A DNA stretch of 64,000 nt from Aeromicrobium sp. (GCA_015351705.1 JADIIM010000058.1:2011-66010), one strand, 5' to 3'; positions 1 to 9,735 are shown, counted from the first letter of the stretch. The notes: generated by a model not told the origin, from the sequence alone. Made by a program: numbers and translations.

Positions 1-95
1 TCGAGTGGCCGTTCGGCTACTTCGCCGCACTCGGACTCATGGGCGCCATAGCCCTCGGCATGACCTGGTATTTCCGAAGGAGGGACTGGTGGTAG
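1..95 (+). CDS. corA: CorA-family Mg2+/Co2+ transporter, 3' end only (gene runs off the window start)
   Basis: The frame starting at position 3 reads [30 protein letters not shown] then a stop at 93-95. This is a last TM helix plus a YF(R/K)R..W tail, typical of CorA C-termini. It is absent from the ORF track because no start codon lies in the window. Confidence 0.55.
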   Translation, partial: EWPFGYFAALGLMGAIALGMTWYFRRRDWW

Positions 96-745
96 AGGAG
101 CGAGAGGTACGACCCGCCGCCGAGGTCGAAGAGGTACACAACACGGTGTACTCGGTGGCGAATCTGATCACGATCGTCCGGCTGCTCCTCGTCCCGTTCT
201 TCTTCACCGTGCTAGTGGGCGGTGAGGGCGAGCGCTCGCGTCTGGCCGCGTTCCTCATCTACGCCATCGCAGCCTCGACCGACTGGATCGACGGGCAGAT
301 CGCTCGCCGGACGAACACGGTCACGCAGTTCGGGAAGATCGTGGACCCGCTCGTGGACCGGCTGCTTCTGGCGAGCGGCGTCGTGGGACTGTATCTCATC
401 GGCGAGCTTCCGCTGTGGGTCCCGGTGGTGCTCGTGCTGCGGGACGTATACCTGCTGTACGGCGCGTACGTTCTTGAGCGGAACCGGATCATCCTTCCGG
501 TCACCTACACCGGCAAGCTGACCACCGCTGTGCTGCTCGCCGGATTCAGCTCGCTGATCGCCGGCTGGCCGGAGATTCCGGGACTTGGCGCGGTGTCGTC
601 GGGATGGCTGCCCGGCTTCGGGAGCGAGCCGGTCACGGCGGGCATTTGGCTCGTCTACGCAGGGATGGCTCTGTCGCTCTCGGCGGCGGTGCAGTACACC
701 GTGATCGCGCGACGTGTGATCGATGGGAGGGCGACGTCGGCATGA
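89..745 (+). CDS. CDP-alcohol phosphatidyltransferase (PgsA / CDP-alcohol-type cardiolipin synthase family)
   Basis: ORF 5..745 trimmed to the GTG at 89, which has an AAGGAGGG RBS at 77-84. The motif [29 protein letters not shown] matches D-x2-DG-x2-AR-x8-G-x3-D-x3-D. The protein is polytopic and hydrophobic. Confidence 0.85.
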   Translation: MVEEREVRPAAEVEEVHNTVYSVANLITIVRLLLVPFFFTVLVGGEGERSRLAAFLIYAIAASTDWIDGQIARRTNTVTQFGKIVDPLVDRLLLASGVVGLYLIGELPLWVPVVLVLRDVYLLYGAYVLERNRIILPVTYTGKLTTAVLLAGFSSLIAGWPEIPGLGAVSSGWLPGFGSEPVTAGIWLVYAGMALSLSAAVQYTVIARRVIDGRATSA

Positions 746-770
746 CGGTCACGCGACGGGGGGAGGTCCG

Positions 771-3281
771 ATGAAGGCGGTCGTGATGGCGGGCGGCGAG
801 GGCACGAGGCTGAGGCCGCTCACGAGCATGCGCCCCAAGCCGATGGTCCCCATCGTGAACCAGCCGGTCATGGAGCATATCCTCGGCCTGGTGAAGCACC
901 ACGGGATCACCGACGTCGTTGCCACGCTCGCGTTCATGCCGCAGGTCATCGAGGACTACTTCGGCGATGGCGACGAGTGGGGCATGAACATCACCTATGC
1001 CGTGGAGGAGACGCCGCTCGGCACCGCCGGGTCGGTGCGCAATGCCGCCGACGCTCTCACCGAGCCGTTCATCGTCATCTCAGGTGACGCGCTGACCGAT
1101 ATCGATCTCTCGGCTGTGATCGAATTCCATCGCGACCGAGGTGCGGCGGTGACCATAGCACTCAAGCGCGTGCCCGACCCGCTCGAGTTCGGTGTCGTGA
1201 TCACCGATGAGGAGGGCAGGATCGAGCGCTTCCTGGAGAAGCCATCGTGGGGCCAGGTGTTCTCCGACACCATCAACACCGGTATCTACGTGGTCGATCC
1301 GCTCGTGTTCGACTACATACCGGAAGGCACGCCGTACGACTTCTCCTCGGAGTTGTTCCCCCTCCTCATGGCCGAGGGCCATCCGCTGTTCGGTTGCGTG
1401 GTGGATGGATACTGGTGTGATGTGGGGAGCCTCGACAGCTACATCGAGGTGCACCGGGACATCCTCGACGGCAAGGCGATGATCTACGTCCCCGGAGCAC
1501 GGACCAAAGACGACGTGTGGGTCGGGCCCGGGGCCGACATCGACCCGACGGCCGAGTTGGCGTCGAAGGTGGTGATCGGCGCGAACACGCGGGTGCGCGC
1601 CGGCGCCAAACTCGGCGAGTACACCGTCATCGGCGACAACTGCCTCATCGGTTTCGGAGCCGACACGGAGCGCGCGATCGTCTGGAACGACTGCTTCATC
1701 GGTGCGCACTCGGCGGTTCGTGGCGCCGTGGTATGTCGCGGTGTGGACCTGCGCGCCGGCGCCCGGGTGGAGTCGGGCGCGGTCATCGGGGACGAGTCGA
1801 CGGTCGGGCACGGCGCATCGGTCGGCGCCGACGTCCAGGTGTATCCCTTCAAGCGCATCGAGCCGGGCGCGCTGGTGACCTCCTCGCTCATCTGGGAGTC
1901 GCGGGGCGTGCGGTCGCTCTTCGGTGACGACGGGGTGTCGGGCCTCGTGAACATCGATGTCACCGCAGATCTGGTCCTGCGGCTCGCTCAGGCGTACGGG
2001 AGCCTGTTGCCCGGCAAGTCCCACGTGGTGGTGAGTCGCGATGCCAGTCGTGCGGCGCGGATGCTGAAGCGCGCGGCGGCGGCGGGACTGAATGCGACCG
2101 GCTGTCACGTGCGCGACCTGCGCGTGGCCTCGCCTGCCATCACCCGGTTCACCACGCGCGACACGCGGTGCCGGGGCGGCATGCACCTGTGTGTGGCCGA
2201 TGGTGACCCTCAGACCCTCGAGATCCACTTCTACGATGAGGACGGCGTCGATCTCCCGGGAGGACTTGAGAAGAAGATCGAGCGGTTGTACTTCAGGCAG
2301 GAGTTCCGGCGGGCCTTCTTCGAGCAGATCGGCGAGATCATCTATCCGCCCCGTGCCCTCGAGTACTACACCGAGGGTCTCGAGGAGGCGCTGCTCGCGG
2401 CGGGCGAGGTCAGCAGGCACGTTAAGGTCGTTGCGGACCTCGGGATGAGCCCGGCGTCGTTCGTACTGCCGCAGGTCGCCGCCGACTGGGGTGTCGATCT
2501 CATCACCCTCCGGGCGTTCGTCGACTCTGAGCGTGGGCGTATCCGGGCAACCGAGCGCGACGCACAGCTCGAGCAGCTGGTCCGTTCGGTGGACATGTTC
2601 CAGGCGGACCTCGGCATCTCGATGGACAGTACCGCCGAGCGCGTGACGCTCGTCACGGGAAGCGGCGCGGTGCTCGATCACGACATGGCACTGCATGCGA
2701 TGATCGAGCTGTGGTGCCGCGACGGCATGGGTAGCGGTGGTGGGGCCGGGATCGCAGTTCCCGTGACGGCCTCGCAGGTGATCGAAGGCATCGCGGGAGC
2801 ACGTGGACGCGCGGTCGTCAGGACCGGCACATCGCGGCGCGCACTCTCGGCGGCGGCTCTGCGCGACGACGTCGGTTTCGCCGGCTCCCGGCGCGGTGGC
2901 TTCGTCTTCCCGCACTTCCTCGCCGCCTACGACGCGGTCATGACGTTCGGCATGCTGCTGCGCATGCTCGATCGCAACGAGACGACCCTCGACGAGGTCG
3001 TCGAGGGGCTCCCGGCGTTCTTCCTTCGCCGCCGCGAAGTGCCGTGTCCGTTCGAGCGGAAGGGCGCGGTGATGCGCACGATGTCTGCGATCGGACACGA
3101 CGCAGGCGCCGAGATGGTCGAGGGCGTGCGGATCGCGACCGACGACGGTTGGGCGCTTGTGCTGCCGCATGCGACCGGCGCGGTCGTCGATGTCTATGCC
3201 GAAGGTGGCGACGCCGTGTCGGCGGACGCGACGCTCGCGCGCTTCGTCGCTGAAGTCGAGCGCGCCATCGCCGACGGGTGA
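771..3281 (+). CDS. Mannose-1-phosphate guanylyltransferase-type nucleotidyltransferase fused to a phosphohexomutase-like domain (836 aa)
   Basis: The ATG at 771 follows GGGGGAGG. The N-terminus [18 protein letters not shown] is a sugar-nucleotidyltransferase loop. Hexapeptide (left-handed beta-helix) repeats fill the middle. The C-terminal ~450 aa align to the PGM/PMM fold, but the catalytic loops are degenerate (see findings). Confidence 0.85.
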   Translation: MKAVVMAGGEGTRLRPLTSMRPKPMVPIVNQPVMEHILGLVKHHGITDVVATLAFMPQVIEDYFGDGDEWGMNITYAVEETPLGTAGSVRNAADALTEPFIVISGDALTDIDLSAVIEFHRDRGAAVTIALKRVPDPLEFGVVITDEEGRIERFLEKPSWGQVFSDTINTGIYVVDPLVFDYIPEGTPYDFSSELFPLLMAEGHPLFGCVVDGYWCDVGSLDSYIEVHRDILDGKAMIYVPGARTKDDVWVGPGADIDPTAELASKVVIGANTRVRAGAKLGEYTVIGDNCLIGFGADTERAIVWNDCFIGAHSAVRGAVVCRGVDLRAGARVESGAVIGDESTVGHGASVGADVQVYPFKRIEPGALVTSSLIWESRGVRSLFGDDGVSGLVNIDVTADLVLRLAQAYGSLLPGKSHVVVSRDASRAARMLKRAAAAGLNATGCHVRDLRVASPAITRFTTRDTRCRGGMHLCVADGDPQTLEIHFYDEDGVDLPGGLEKKIERLYFRQEFRRAFFEQIGEIIYPPRALEYYTEGLEEALLAAGEVSRHVKVVADLGMSPASFVLPQVAADWGVDLITLRAFVDSERGRIRATERDAQLEQLVRSVDMFQADLGISMDSTAERVTLVTGSGAVLDHDMALHAMIELWCRDGMGSGGGAGIAVPVTASQVIEGIAGARGRAVVRTGTSRRALSAAALRDDVGFAGSRRGGFVFPHFLAAYDAVMTFGMLLRMLDRNETTLDEVVEGLPAFFLRRREVPCPFERKGAVMRTMSAIGHDAGAEMVEGVRIATDDGWALVLPHATGAVVDVYAEGGDAVSADATLARFVAEVERAIADG

Positions 3282-3425
3282 CGTTCTGGCGACGGCCTTC
3301 CTGACACGGGACCCTGTGTGGGGTAGGATTGCTCATCCACGTTTGGAGAGCGGTTTGCTGTTGCGGTATGGGCGTCGACAGGGCGCCGCAGCGCACCGGT
3401 TCAGCCACGCGCGATGAGGACGGAC

Positions 3426-5270
3426 ATGACCGAGGCACGCGAGACACGATCGAGCAGACACGCGCCACGGCGCCAGCGTCGCGGCCTGCGATGGCCGTCA
3501 TGGATGCAGCGCTGGCCGCCGCCGGTGCGGATCGGTGCAAGCGTGCTTGCGGGTGTCGTCCTGCTCGGGGGTGTCGTCGCAGGCACCGATATCGCGCTCA
3601 GCCTCGGCCGGATCCACCCGGGCGTTCGCATCGGCGAGGTACCGGTGGGCCGGATGACGGTGGCCGACGCTACATCGGCGGTCGCCGCTCACGTTGCGCG
3701 CGCGAGCGAGGAGCCGGTCTCCATCCAGGTCGAGGACGCCACCTGGACCATCGCCGCCGATGACGTGGCGCTCTCGGTGGACGCCACCGGACTTGCCGGA
3801 CAAGCCTTCGAGGTGGGACGCGGCACGTTCGGTGAGGCGGTCTCCCAGCGAGCACGAGCGATCTTCGGCGGGATGGAGGTGCCTCTCGAGCTCGACTACG
3901 CCGATGAGGCACTTGCGGGCGCGCTCGACGCCATCGAGGCCGAGACCACGCAGCCTCCGATCGACGCAGCGGTCCACGTTGACGGGACCCAGGTGACCCG
4001 TACCGAGCCCAGTGACGGCCTCGGGATCGATCGCGAGGAGGCCGCGCGCGCGATCATCGCGGCCTTCGTGGCCGAGCACCGGACGGTCACACTCCAGCTT
4101 GTCTCCCTCGCTCCGGAGATCGACACGGCCGCCACAGAAGACGCCTATCAGGCGGCGCTGGCGATGGTCTCGGCACCGGTGAGCCTGTACTACGAGGACA
4201 AGCGGTGGGAGGTGCCCGCAGCGACGATCGGGGAGTGGGTGGGCTTCAGGCGCGCCGAGACCACCTCGACACCCGTCCTGGAAGCCTACATCGTCTCCGA
4301 GGAGGTCTCGGCCACGATCCTGCCGATGGTCGCCGAGGTCGGACGCCCCGCCAAGGACGCGACCTTCAAGGCATCCAGCGGGCAGGTCACGATCGTACCG
4401 TCTGAGGACGGGCTGGCCGTCGATGGGGAGAGCCTGACGACAAGACTCGAGACGGTGCTCGTGCGCTCCAGCGACCGCACGGCTGAGCTCACGATGCGCC
4501 GCGTGAGCCCCGCGCGTACGACCGAAGACGCGCAGGCCATGGGCATCAAGGAGCGTATCGCCACATTCACCACCGAGTACTCACCATCTAACGCGCCGCG
4601 GGTGAACAACATCCACGTGCTGAGTGACGCGCTCAACGGCACGCTGATAGCGCCGGGGGAGGTCTTCAGCTTCAACGGCACGATCGGTCAGCGCACGGCC
4701 GCCAAGGGCTACCAGGAGGCCAACGCCATCGTGGGCGGGAAGCTCGTCCCGCAGCTCGGTGGCGGCATCTGCCAGGTGGGCACGACGATCTTCAACACCG
4801 TGTTCTTCTCAGGTCTGCCGGTGGTCGAGCGCAGGAACCACTCCCAGTACATCAGCAGTTATCCCAAGGGGCGCGACGCCACCGTTTCCTGGGGCGGCCC
4901 GGACTTCAAGTTCAAGAACGACACGGACCACTGGATCCTGGTCGCCACATCGTACTCGAACTCCTCGGTCACCATCTCCCTGTACGGAACCGATCCGGGG
5001 TATGAGGTGACGTACAAGACGGGCGACTGGACGGAGGTCATCGCGCCGCCGGTCCGTGAGGTCAAAGACGCGACCCTGCCTGCGGGCACGAAGGTCATCG
5101 ACGAACGGGGCGTGAGCGGCCGCACGATCGTGGTCACCCGCACCGTCACGAAGGGCGGATCGGTGGTGCGCACCGATACCTTCAAGTCGGTGTACCGTCC
5201 GGTGGAAGAAGTGGTCCGGGTGGGTACGAAACCGGTACCCTCGGAGACGACGACCACGCCGGCTCCGTAG
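3426..5270 (+). CDS. VanW-domain protein with C-terminal G5 domain, N-terminal membrane anchor
   Basis: VanW core: FSFNGTIGQRTAAKGYQEANAIVGGKLVPQLGGGICQVGTTIFN...RNHSQYISSYPKGRDATVSWGGPDFKFKNDT. G5-like tail: VIDERGVSGRTIVVTRTV..VVRVGTKP. The ATG at 3426 follows GAGGA; an alternative ATG lies at 3414. Confidence 0.85.
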   Translation: MTEARETRSSRHAPRRQRRGLRWPSWMQRWPPPVRIGASVLAGVVLLGGVVAGTDIALSLGRIHPGVRIGEVPVGRMTVADATSAVAAHVARASEEPVSIQVEDATWTIAADDVALSVDATGLAGQAFEVGRGTFGEAVSQRARAIFGGMEVPLELDYADEALAGALDAIEAETTQPPIDAAVHVDGTQVTRTEPSDGLGIDREEAARAIIAAFVAEHRTVTLQLVSLAPEIDTAATEDAYQAALAMVSAPVSLYYEDKRWEVPAATIGEWVGFRRAETTSTPVLEAYIVSEEVSATILPMVAEVGRPAKDATFKASSGQVTIVPSEDGLAVDGESLTTRLETVLVRSSDRTAELTMRRVSPARTTEDAQAMGIKERIATFTTEYSPSNAPRVNNIHVLSDALNGTLIAPGEVFSFNGTIGQRTAAKGYQEANAIVGGKLVPQLGGGICQVGTTIFNTVFFSGLPVVERRNHSQYISSYPKGRDATVSWGGPDFKFKNDTDHWILVATSYSNSSVTISLYGTDPGYEVTYKTGDWTEVIAPPVREVKDATLPAGTKVIDERGVSGRTIVVTRTVTKGGSVVRTDTFKSVYRPVEEVVRVGTKPVPSETTTTPAP

Positions 5271-5327
5271 GGGCTCGGCCGTCAGGCAGGGGCGAGCACG
5301 AGAGTGCGTCGATAGAGGGGGAGCGCG

Positions 5328-6629
5328 ATGTTCCAGCCGGAGTACGAGGCGATGGACCGGGGCGCGCTGGAGCGGCTCCAGCTTGAGCGCCTGAACGACA
5401 TGCTCACCCGCGTGTACGGCGCGGTCCCGATGTATCGCGAGCGGTTCGACGCGGCGGGCATCGCGCCGCGGGCCGATTCGCTAGAGGCGCTGGCCGACCT
5501 TCCGTTCACTGTGAAGGACGACCTGCGTTCGGCGTACCCGTACGGCATGTTCGCCGTGCCGCTGCGGGACATCGTTCGCGTCCACTCGTCATCCGGCACC
5601 ACCGGCCAGGTGACGGTCGTGGGCTATACGAGCGGCGACATCGACCGGTGGTCGGACCTGATGGCGCGGACGCTCGCCTGTGCCGGAGCCACGCCTGACG
5701 ACGTGGTCCAGGTCACCTACGGGTACGGCCTGTTCACCGGGGGGCTGGGCGTCCATTACGGCGCCGAGCGGCTCGGCTGCACGACCATCCCCATCTCCGG
5801 CGGCAACACCAAGCGCCAGGTCCAGGTGCTCAAGGACTTCGGCGCCACGGTGCTCGCGTGCACGCCGAGCTACGCGGTGTTGATCGCCGAGACCGCCTCG
5901 GAGATGGGCATCGATCCGAGGTCGCTGCCGCTCCGGGCGGGGGTCTTCGGCGCCGAGCCGTGGAGCGAGAACATGCGGCGTCAGATCGAGGAACTCTTCG
6001 GCATCACCGCGATCGACATCTACGGGCTTTCCGAAGTCCTTGGCCCGGGTGTGGCGAGCGAGTGCTCGTGCCAGTGCGGCCTACACGTCAACGAGGACCA
6101 CTTCATCATCGAGATCGTCGACCCGGCTACGCTTCGTCCGGTGCCCGACGGGGAGCGCGGCGAGGTGGTGTTCACCACGCTGACGAAGGAGGGCATCCCG
6201 GTGCTGCGGTACCGTACGCGGGACATATCCCGCATCGTACCGGGAGAGTGTGCGTGCGGACGCACGTTCCGCAGGATGGAGCGTGTCAGTGGCCGCACCG
6301 ACGACATGCTCATCATACGGGGCGTCAACGTCTTCCCGAGCCAGATCGAGCAGGTGCTCGCGGGCATCCCGGGCGTGGCGCCGCACTATCAGGTCGTTCT
6401 GACCAAGCGGGGCAGCATGGATCACGTCGAGGTACACGTCGAGGTCGGTCCGGACGTGCCGTTCGACGAGATCAAGACGCTCGAAGCGCTCAGGACCCGC
6501 GTGGCTGCCGAGATCGCCTCGGCGCTTGCCGTGAGCATCGCGGTCAGGCTGGTGGAGCCCAAGTCCATCCAGCGTTCGGAGGGGAAGGCTCAGCGTGTCC
6601 TCGACCGGCGTGACGAGGGGAGTGAGTGA
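5328..6629 (+). CDS. paaK: Phenylacetate-CoA ligase family (aryl-acid CoA ligase), copy 1
   Basis: PaaK-like N-terminus: MFQPEYEAMDRGALERLQLERL..VPMYRERF. AMP-binding loop SSGTTGQVTVVGYT. Length 433 aa. Confidence 0.9.
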   Translation: MFQPEYEAMDRGALERLQLERLNDMLTRVYGAVPMYRERFDAAGIAPRADSLEALADLPFTVKDDLRSAYPYGMFAVPLRDIVRVHSSSGTTGQVTVVGYTSGDIDRWSDLMARTLACAGATPDDVVQVTYGYGLFTGGLGVHYGAERLGCTTIPISGGNTKRQVQVLKDFGATVLACTPSYAVLIAETASEMGIDPRSLPLRAGVFGAEPWSENMRRQIEELFGITAIDIYGLSEVLGPGVASECSCQCGLHVNEDHFIIEIVDPATLRPVPDGERGEVVFTTLTKEGIPVLRYRTRDISRIVPGECACGRTFRRMERVSGRTDDMLIIRGVNVFPSQIEQVLAGIPGVAPHYQVVLTKRGSMDHVEVHVEVGPDVPFDEIKTLEALRTRVAAEIASALAVSIAVRLVEPKSIQRSEGKAQRVLDRRDEGSE

Positions 6630-6633
6630 TCCG

Positions 6634-7068
6634 ATGATCAAGCAACTGACGGTGTTCCTGGAGAACAGTCCCGGCCGATTGGCGGGTCTCACGCGCGCAC
6701 TCGGTGACGCGGGAGTGAACATGCGGGCGCTCATGGTCGCGGACACCGCCGAGTTCGGTGTGGTGCGCATCATCTGCGACCGGCCCGAGGTCGCTCGCGC
6801 GGCGCTTGAAGAGGCCGGGTTCGGGGTCAGTGTGACCGACGTGCTTGCAGTCGAAGTGCCCGACAGCCCCGGGGGCCTCGCCGACGTCCTCGAGGTGCTC
6901 GGCGGCATCGGCGTCAACGTCGAGTATGCGTACTGCTATGTCGAGCCCGGTGGCACCGCCGCGATCGATGTCTTCCGTGTCGAGGACATCGCCCGGGCGA
7001 CCGACGCGCTCCGAGCGGCGAACATGCGCGTCCTCGGTCCGGCGGACGTCTACGCGGTCGGCGGCTAG
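6634..7068 (+). CDS. ACT-domain (small-ligand-binding) protein, copy 1
   Basis: ORF 6595..7068 trimmed to the ATG at 6634. The sequence has two ACT repeats: MIKQLTVFLENSPGRLAGLTRALGDAGVNMRAL and VLAVEVPDSPGGLADVLEVLGGIGVNVEY. It starts 4 nt after paaK. Confidence 0.8.
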   Translation: MIKQLTVFLENSPGRLAGLTRALGDAGVNMRALMVADTAEFGVVRIICDRPEVARAALEEAGFGVSVTDVLAVEVPDSPGGLADVLEVLGGIGVNVEYAYCYVEPGGTAAIDVFRVEDIARATDALRAANMRVLGPADVYAVGG

Positions 7069-7892
7069 GCGCGCCGCTCGGCCGTCTCTTCAGTGGGACC
7101 ACCCGGGCCGTCCGCGGTTGTCGGCTCGAGCGCCTCGGCCAACAGCGCGAGTTCGGTCCGATGCTCGACCGAGGAGAGCACGGTCATGCGGATCGCGTCC
7201 GTCAGCGCGTCGAGGGACTCGGCCGCCACCTGCCTGAGGCGCGTCGCCGCCGTGGCGGCGCCTTCGGCGTCGGTGTTGGGCAGGAGCATCAGGAAGCGTC
7301 CGTCGCCAGCGTGGGCAAGGTCGTCGACGAGCCGGATGTCGCCTCGCAGGGCCCCGGCGGTCTGCCGCAGCATCTTTCGCCGCTCCGCGGGGCGGCGAGC
7401 CGAGAGGAACTCCCCGGCGATGTCGAGGCGGACCACCGAATAGGGCGCTTGGTAGCGGTCCCAGGACGCGATGGCCACCCGGATCGCCCGTGCCGCGTAG
7501 GCCGCGCTGTACGCACCGGTCTCGGGCTCGACCAGTGCCTTGTCCCCGAGGCCCGTCAGCGCGTACTTGAGACGCGTTGCCACCTCGCCACCGATGATGC
7601 CGATCATGCTGTAAGCTGCCACACGGATGCCGATGAGCGCGATCGCGTCGCTGGTGAAACCGTCGGCATAGAGCAGTGGCGCACGCATCGCCACGTAGAC
7701 CCCTGTTGCCAGCACGGCAGCCAGGAAGCCTCCCGAACGACCCCAGTGCAGCGCCGCGCCCAGTATCGGAATGAGCAGGAGTTGGGCGACAACCTCGGCT
7801 GACTGGCTTTGTGACGGGGCGAGGACGAGGGTCGCGAGGATCGCTGCCGAGCCGAGAATGAACACGAGCGCCTCGAAGCGGGTGTACTTCAC
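7065..7892 (-). CDS. Membrane protein (about 5 TM) with degenerate GGDEF-like cytoplasmic domain
   Basis: ORF 7065..8078 trimmed to the GTG at 7892, which sits 6 nt after AGGAGG. The N-terminus is hydrophobic. The C-terminal part VEPETGAYS..VVRLDIAGEF..DDLAHAGDGRFLMLLPNTD follows the GGDEF fold, but the GG(D/E)EF signature is replaced by AGDGRF. Confidence 0.65.
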   Translation of the reverse strand: MKYTRFEALVFILGSAAILATLVLAPSQSQSAEVVAQLLLIPILGAALHWGRSGGFLAAVLATGVYVAMRAPLLYADGFTSDAIALIGIRVAAYSMIGIIGGEVATRLKYALTGLGDKALVEPETGAYSAAYAARAIRVAIASWDRYQAPYSVVRLDIAGEFLSARRPAERRKMLRQTAGALRGDIRLVDDLAHAGDGRFLMLLPNTDAEGAATAATRLRQVAAESLDALTDAIRMTVLSSVEHRTELALLAEALEPTTADGPGGPTEETAERRA

Positions 7893-7917
7893 CAGCTGCC
7901 TCCTACCAGTAGTGGCG

Positions 7918-8259
7918 TCAGGGATGGTTCGGGCACGAGACGGTCCGGGCTGCAACGTCGAGGGTGTATGGTGAGCCGTCACTCGGGCACCGGGTCGATT
8001 CGTCAGGGTTGGAGACGTACGGCCTGAGGACGTCGATCGTGGTCGTCGCGGGCAGTGTCCCTGTGGTCCCGGCCGCATGGGCGTCCAGCGCGCGCTCGAG
8101 TGTGGCGCGGTTGTGCGCGCATGCCACCGCTGCCGCCCGCTGTGTCGCCGGCACGTAGGACGCGACGGCTATCAGTACGAGTATGCCGATGACGAGCACC
8201 ACGACCATGAGTTCAGTGACCGTGAAGCCAGTGTCGCGTTGGTCACGCAGGCGGGACAC
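7918..8259 (-). CDS. Type IV pilin / pseudopilin-like protein (prepilin N-terminal cleavage-methylation motif)
   Basis: A class III signal (...RDQRDTG followed by FTVTELMVVVLVIGILVLIAVASY) has Glu at +5 and a hydrophobic helix. The start is set at the GTG at 8259, which gives an 11-aa leader. This start is uncertain; the track ORF extends to 8487. Confidence 0.65.
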   Translation of the reverse strand: MSRLRDQRDTGFTVTELMVVVLVIGILVLIAVASYVPATQRAAAVACAHNRATLERALDAHAAGTTGTLPATTTIDVLRPYVSNPDESTRCPSDGSPYTLDVAARTVSCPNHP

Positions 8260-8471
8260 ATCGCGTCCCGCGTGTCGAATCGACCTCCGTACCACGGCGC
8301 CCCCCGTTGTGAGCCGATGCCGTTCGCACCGGCGAGTGTGTCCTACGACACTGATTTCGGCATGTGTGCGCGTGACCTTGAGCAAACAGTCGGCGCGGCC
8401 CATGCGCGTACCTGCCGGAAACCGTACAATCTCTGGTGTCCCGTGTGAAGTCTCCGAGGAGGGAGCACAGC

Positions 8472-9719
8472 GTGCCCGCACGCTCACGTCCGGCGCTCGC
8501 GCTCAGGCTGCTGCTCGCCGTCGTCGTGGCCGTGTCGTGGCTCACCGTCCCGGCGCAGGCCGCAGAGCCACTCGCCACCGATGCGGTCGGTGGCGTTCGC
8601 GTCGCCGACGATCCGTCGCTCGGCGCCTCCGCCCCCGTCGTGGCGATGCCCTCGGGCGTCCTATGGACGACTGATGGCCGGCCCTTGTGGGAGCGAGACC
8701 CCGGGGCGGTCCGAGCGATGGCGTCCACCACCAAGATCATGACGGCGCTGGTCGCGCTCAAGCACGGCGACCTCGATGAAGAGGTGGTCGTCTCCGAGCG
8801 CGCCGCGCGTGTGGGGGAGGCGGGCGTGGCGCTTGCCGCAGGCCAGAGGATCCCGCTTCGCACGCTGGTCGAGGCGGTGCTCGTTCGCTCCGGCAACGAC
8901 GCGGCGTTCGCGCTTGCAGAGCACGTGGCGGGGAGCGTCGAGGCGTTCGTCGATCTCATGAACAAGGAGGCCGCCTCGCTCGGCCTGGAGGACACGCACT
9001 ACGCAAACCCGCATGGGCTCGATGAACAGGGCCATCACACCTCGGCGCGCGACCTGGCGGCGCTCTCGGCAGTCGCGATGGCCGACGAGCGCTTCGCTGC
9101 GATCGTGACGATGCCCACGGTCACGGTTACCGGCAGGTCCGGCCCGAAGACCTACGAGAACTCGAACAAGCTGCTGGGAAGCTACGATGGCGCCACCGGG
9201 GTGAAGACGGGCTGGACCAACCGGGCCGGCTACTGCGTCGTCGCCTCGGCGGAGCGCGACGACATCGGCCTGATCGCGGTCGTCCTGGGCGGCACATCGG
9301 AAGACGACCGGTTCGTGCAGGCGCGTGAGCTCCTGGACTGGGGATTCGAGCACTACGTGATGACCGAGGTGACGAGCGCCGAGGAGACGGCCGCGATCGT
9401 CCCGGTCTCCGACTATCTCGACCGCACCGTCGCCGCGATGGTGTCGGGGACCGTCGCGGTCCCCGTGTTCGACTACGACGGTGTCGTGACCTCTCGCGTG
9501 GACGTCGACCAGCAGGTGGAGGCACCGGTCGAGGCCGGCCAGCGTATGGGTACGCTGGTGGTGACGCAAGGTGACCGGCTGCTCGCGCAGGTGCCGATCG
9601 TCGCTGCCGAGAGCGTCCCGGAGCCCGAGCCGCTCGAGGCGATCGGCATATGGTTCACCCGGCTGTGGCGGACGGTTTTCGGTGGCGAACTGGTCGCCAC
9701 GCCCGTCCCCGTCATGTGA
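8472..9719 (+). CDS. D-alanyl-D-alanine carboxypeptidase (peptidase S11, low-MW PBP)
   Basis: Contains SxxK (MASTTKIM), SxN (RSGNDAA) and KTG (VKTGWT), plus an N-terminal signal/anchor. The GTG at 8472 follows GGAGGGAG. Confidence 0.9.
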   Translation: MPARSRPALALRLLLAVVVAVSWLTVPAQAAEPLATDAVGGVRVADDPSLGASAPVVAMPSGVLWTTDGRPLWERDPGAVRAMASTTKIMTALVALKHGDLDEEVVVSERAARVGEAGVALAAGQRIPLRTLVEAVLVRSGNDAAFALAEHVAGSVEAFVDLMNKEAASLGLEDTHYANPHGLDEQGHHTSARDLAALSAVAMADERFAAIVTMPTVTVTGRSGPKTYENSNKLLGSYDGATGVKTGWTNRAGYCVVASAERDDIGLIAVVLGGTSEDDRFVQARELLDWGFEHYVMTEVTSAEETAAIVPVSDYLDRTVAAMVSGTVAVPVFDYDGVVTSRVDVDQQVEAPVEAGQRMGTLVVTQGDRLLAQVPIVAAESVPEPEPLEAIGIWFTRLWRTVFGGELVATPVPVM

Positions 9720-9735
9720 GAGGAGCTGACCGCAC

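Noticed and set aside
1080-3170. 696-aa ORF on the minus strand
   Set aside because: It lies entirely antisense to the well-supported ManC fusion gene. Its Arg/His/Asp/Gly-rich, low-complexity translation is typical of shadow ORFs in high-GC DNA, and it has no recognisable motif.
7065-7068. Convergent genes sharing the palindrome CTAG as both stop codons
   Set aside because: It is real but a trivial consequence of TAG stops on both strands. There is no evidence of regulatory meaning.
9720-9735. Expected glycine riboswitch upstream of gcvT
   Set aside because: Only 16 nt separate the carboxypeptidase stop from the gcvT start, so there is no room for an aptamer. The gcv genes appear co-transcribed with, or directly after, the upstream gene.
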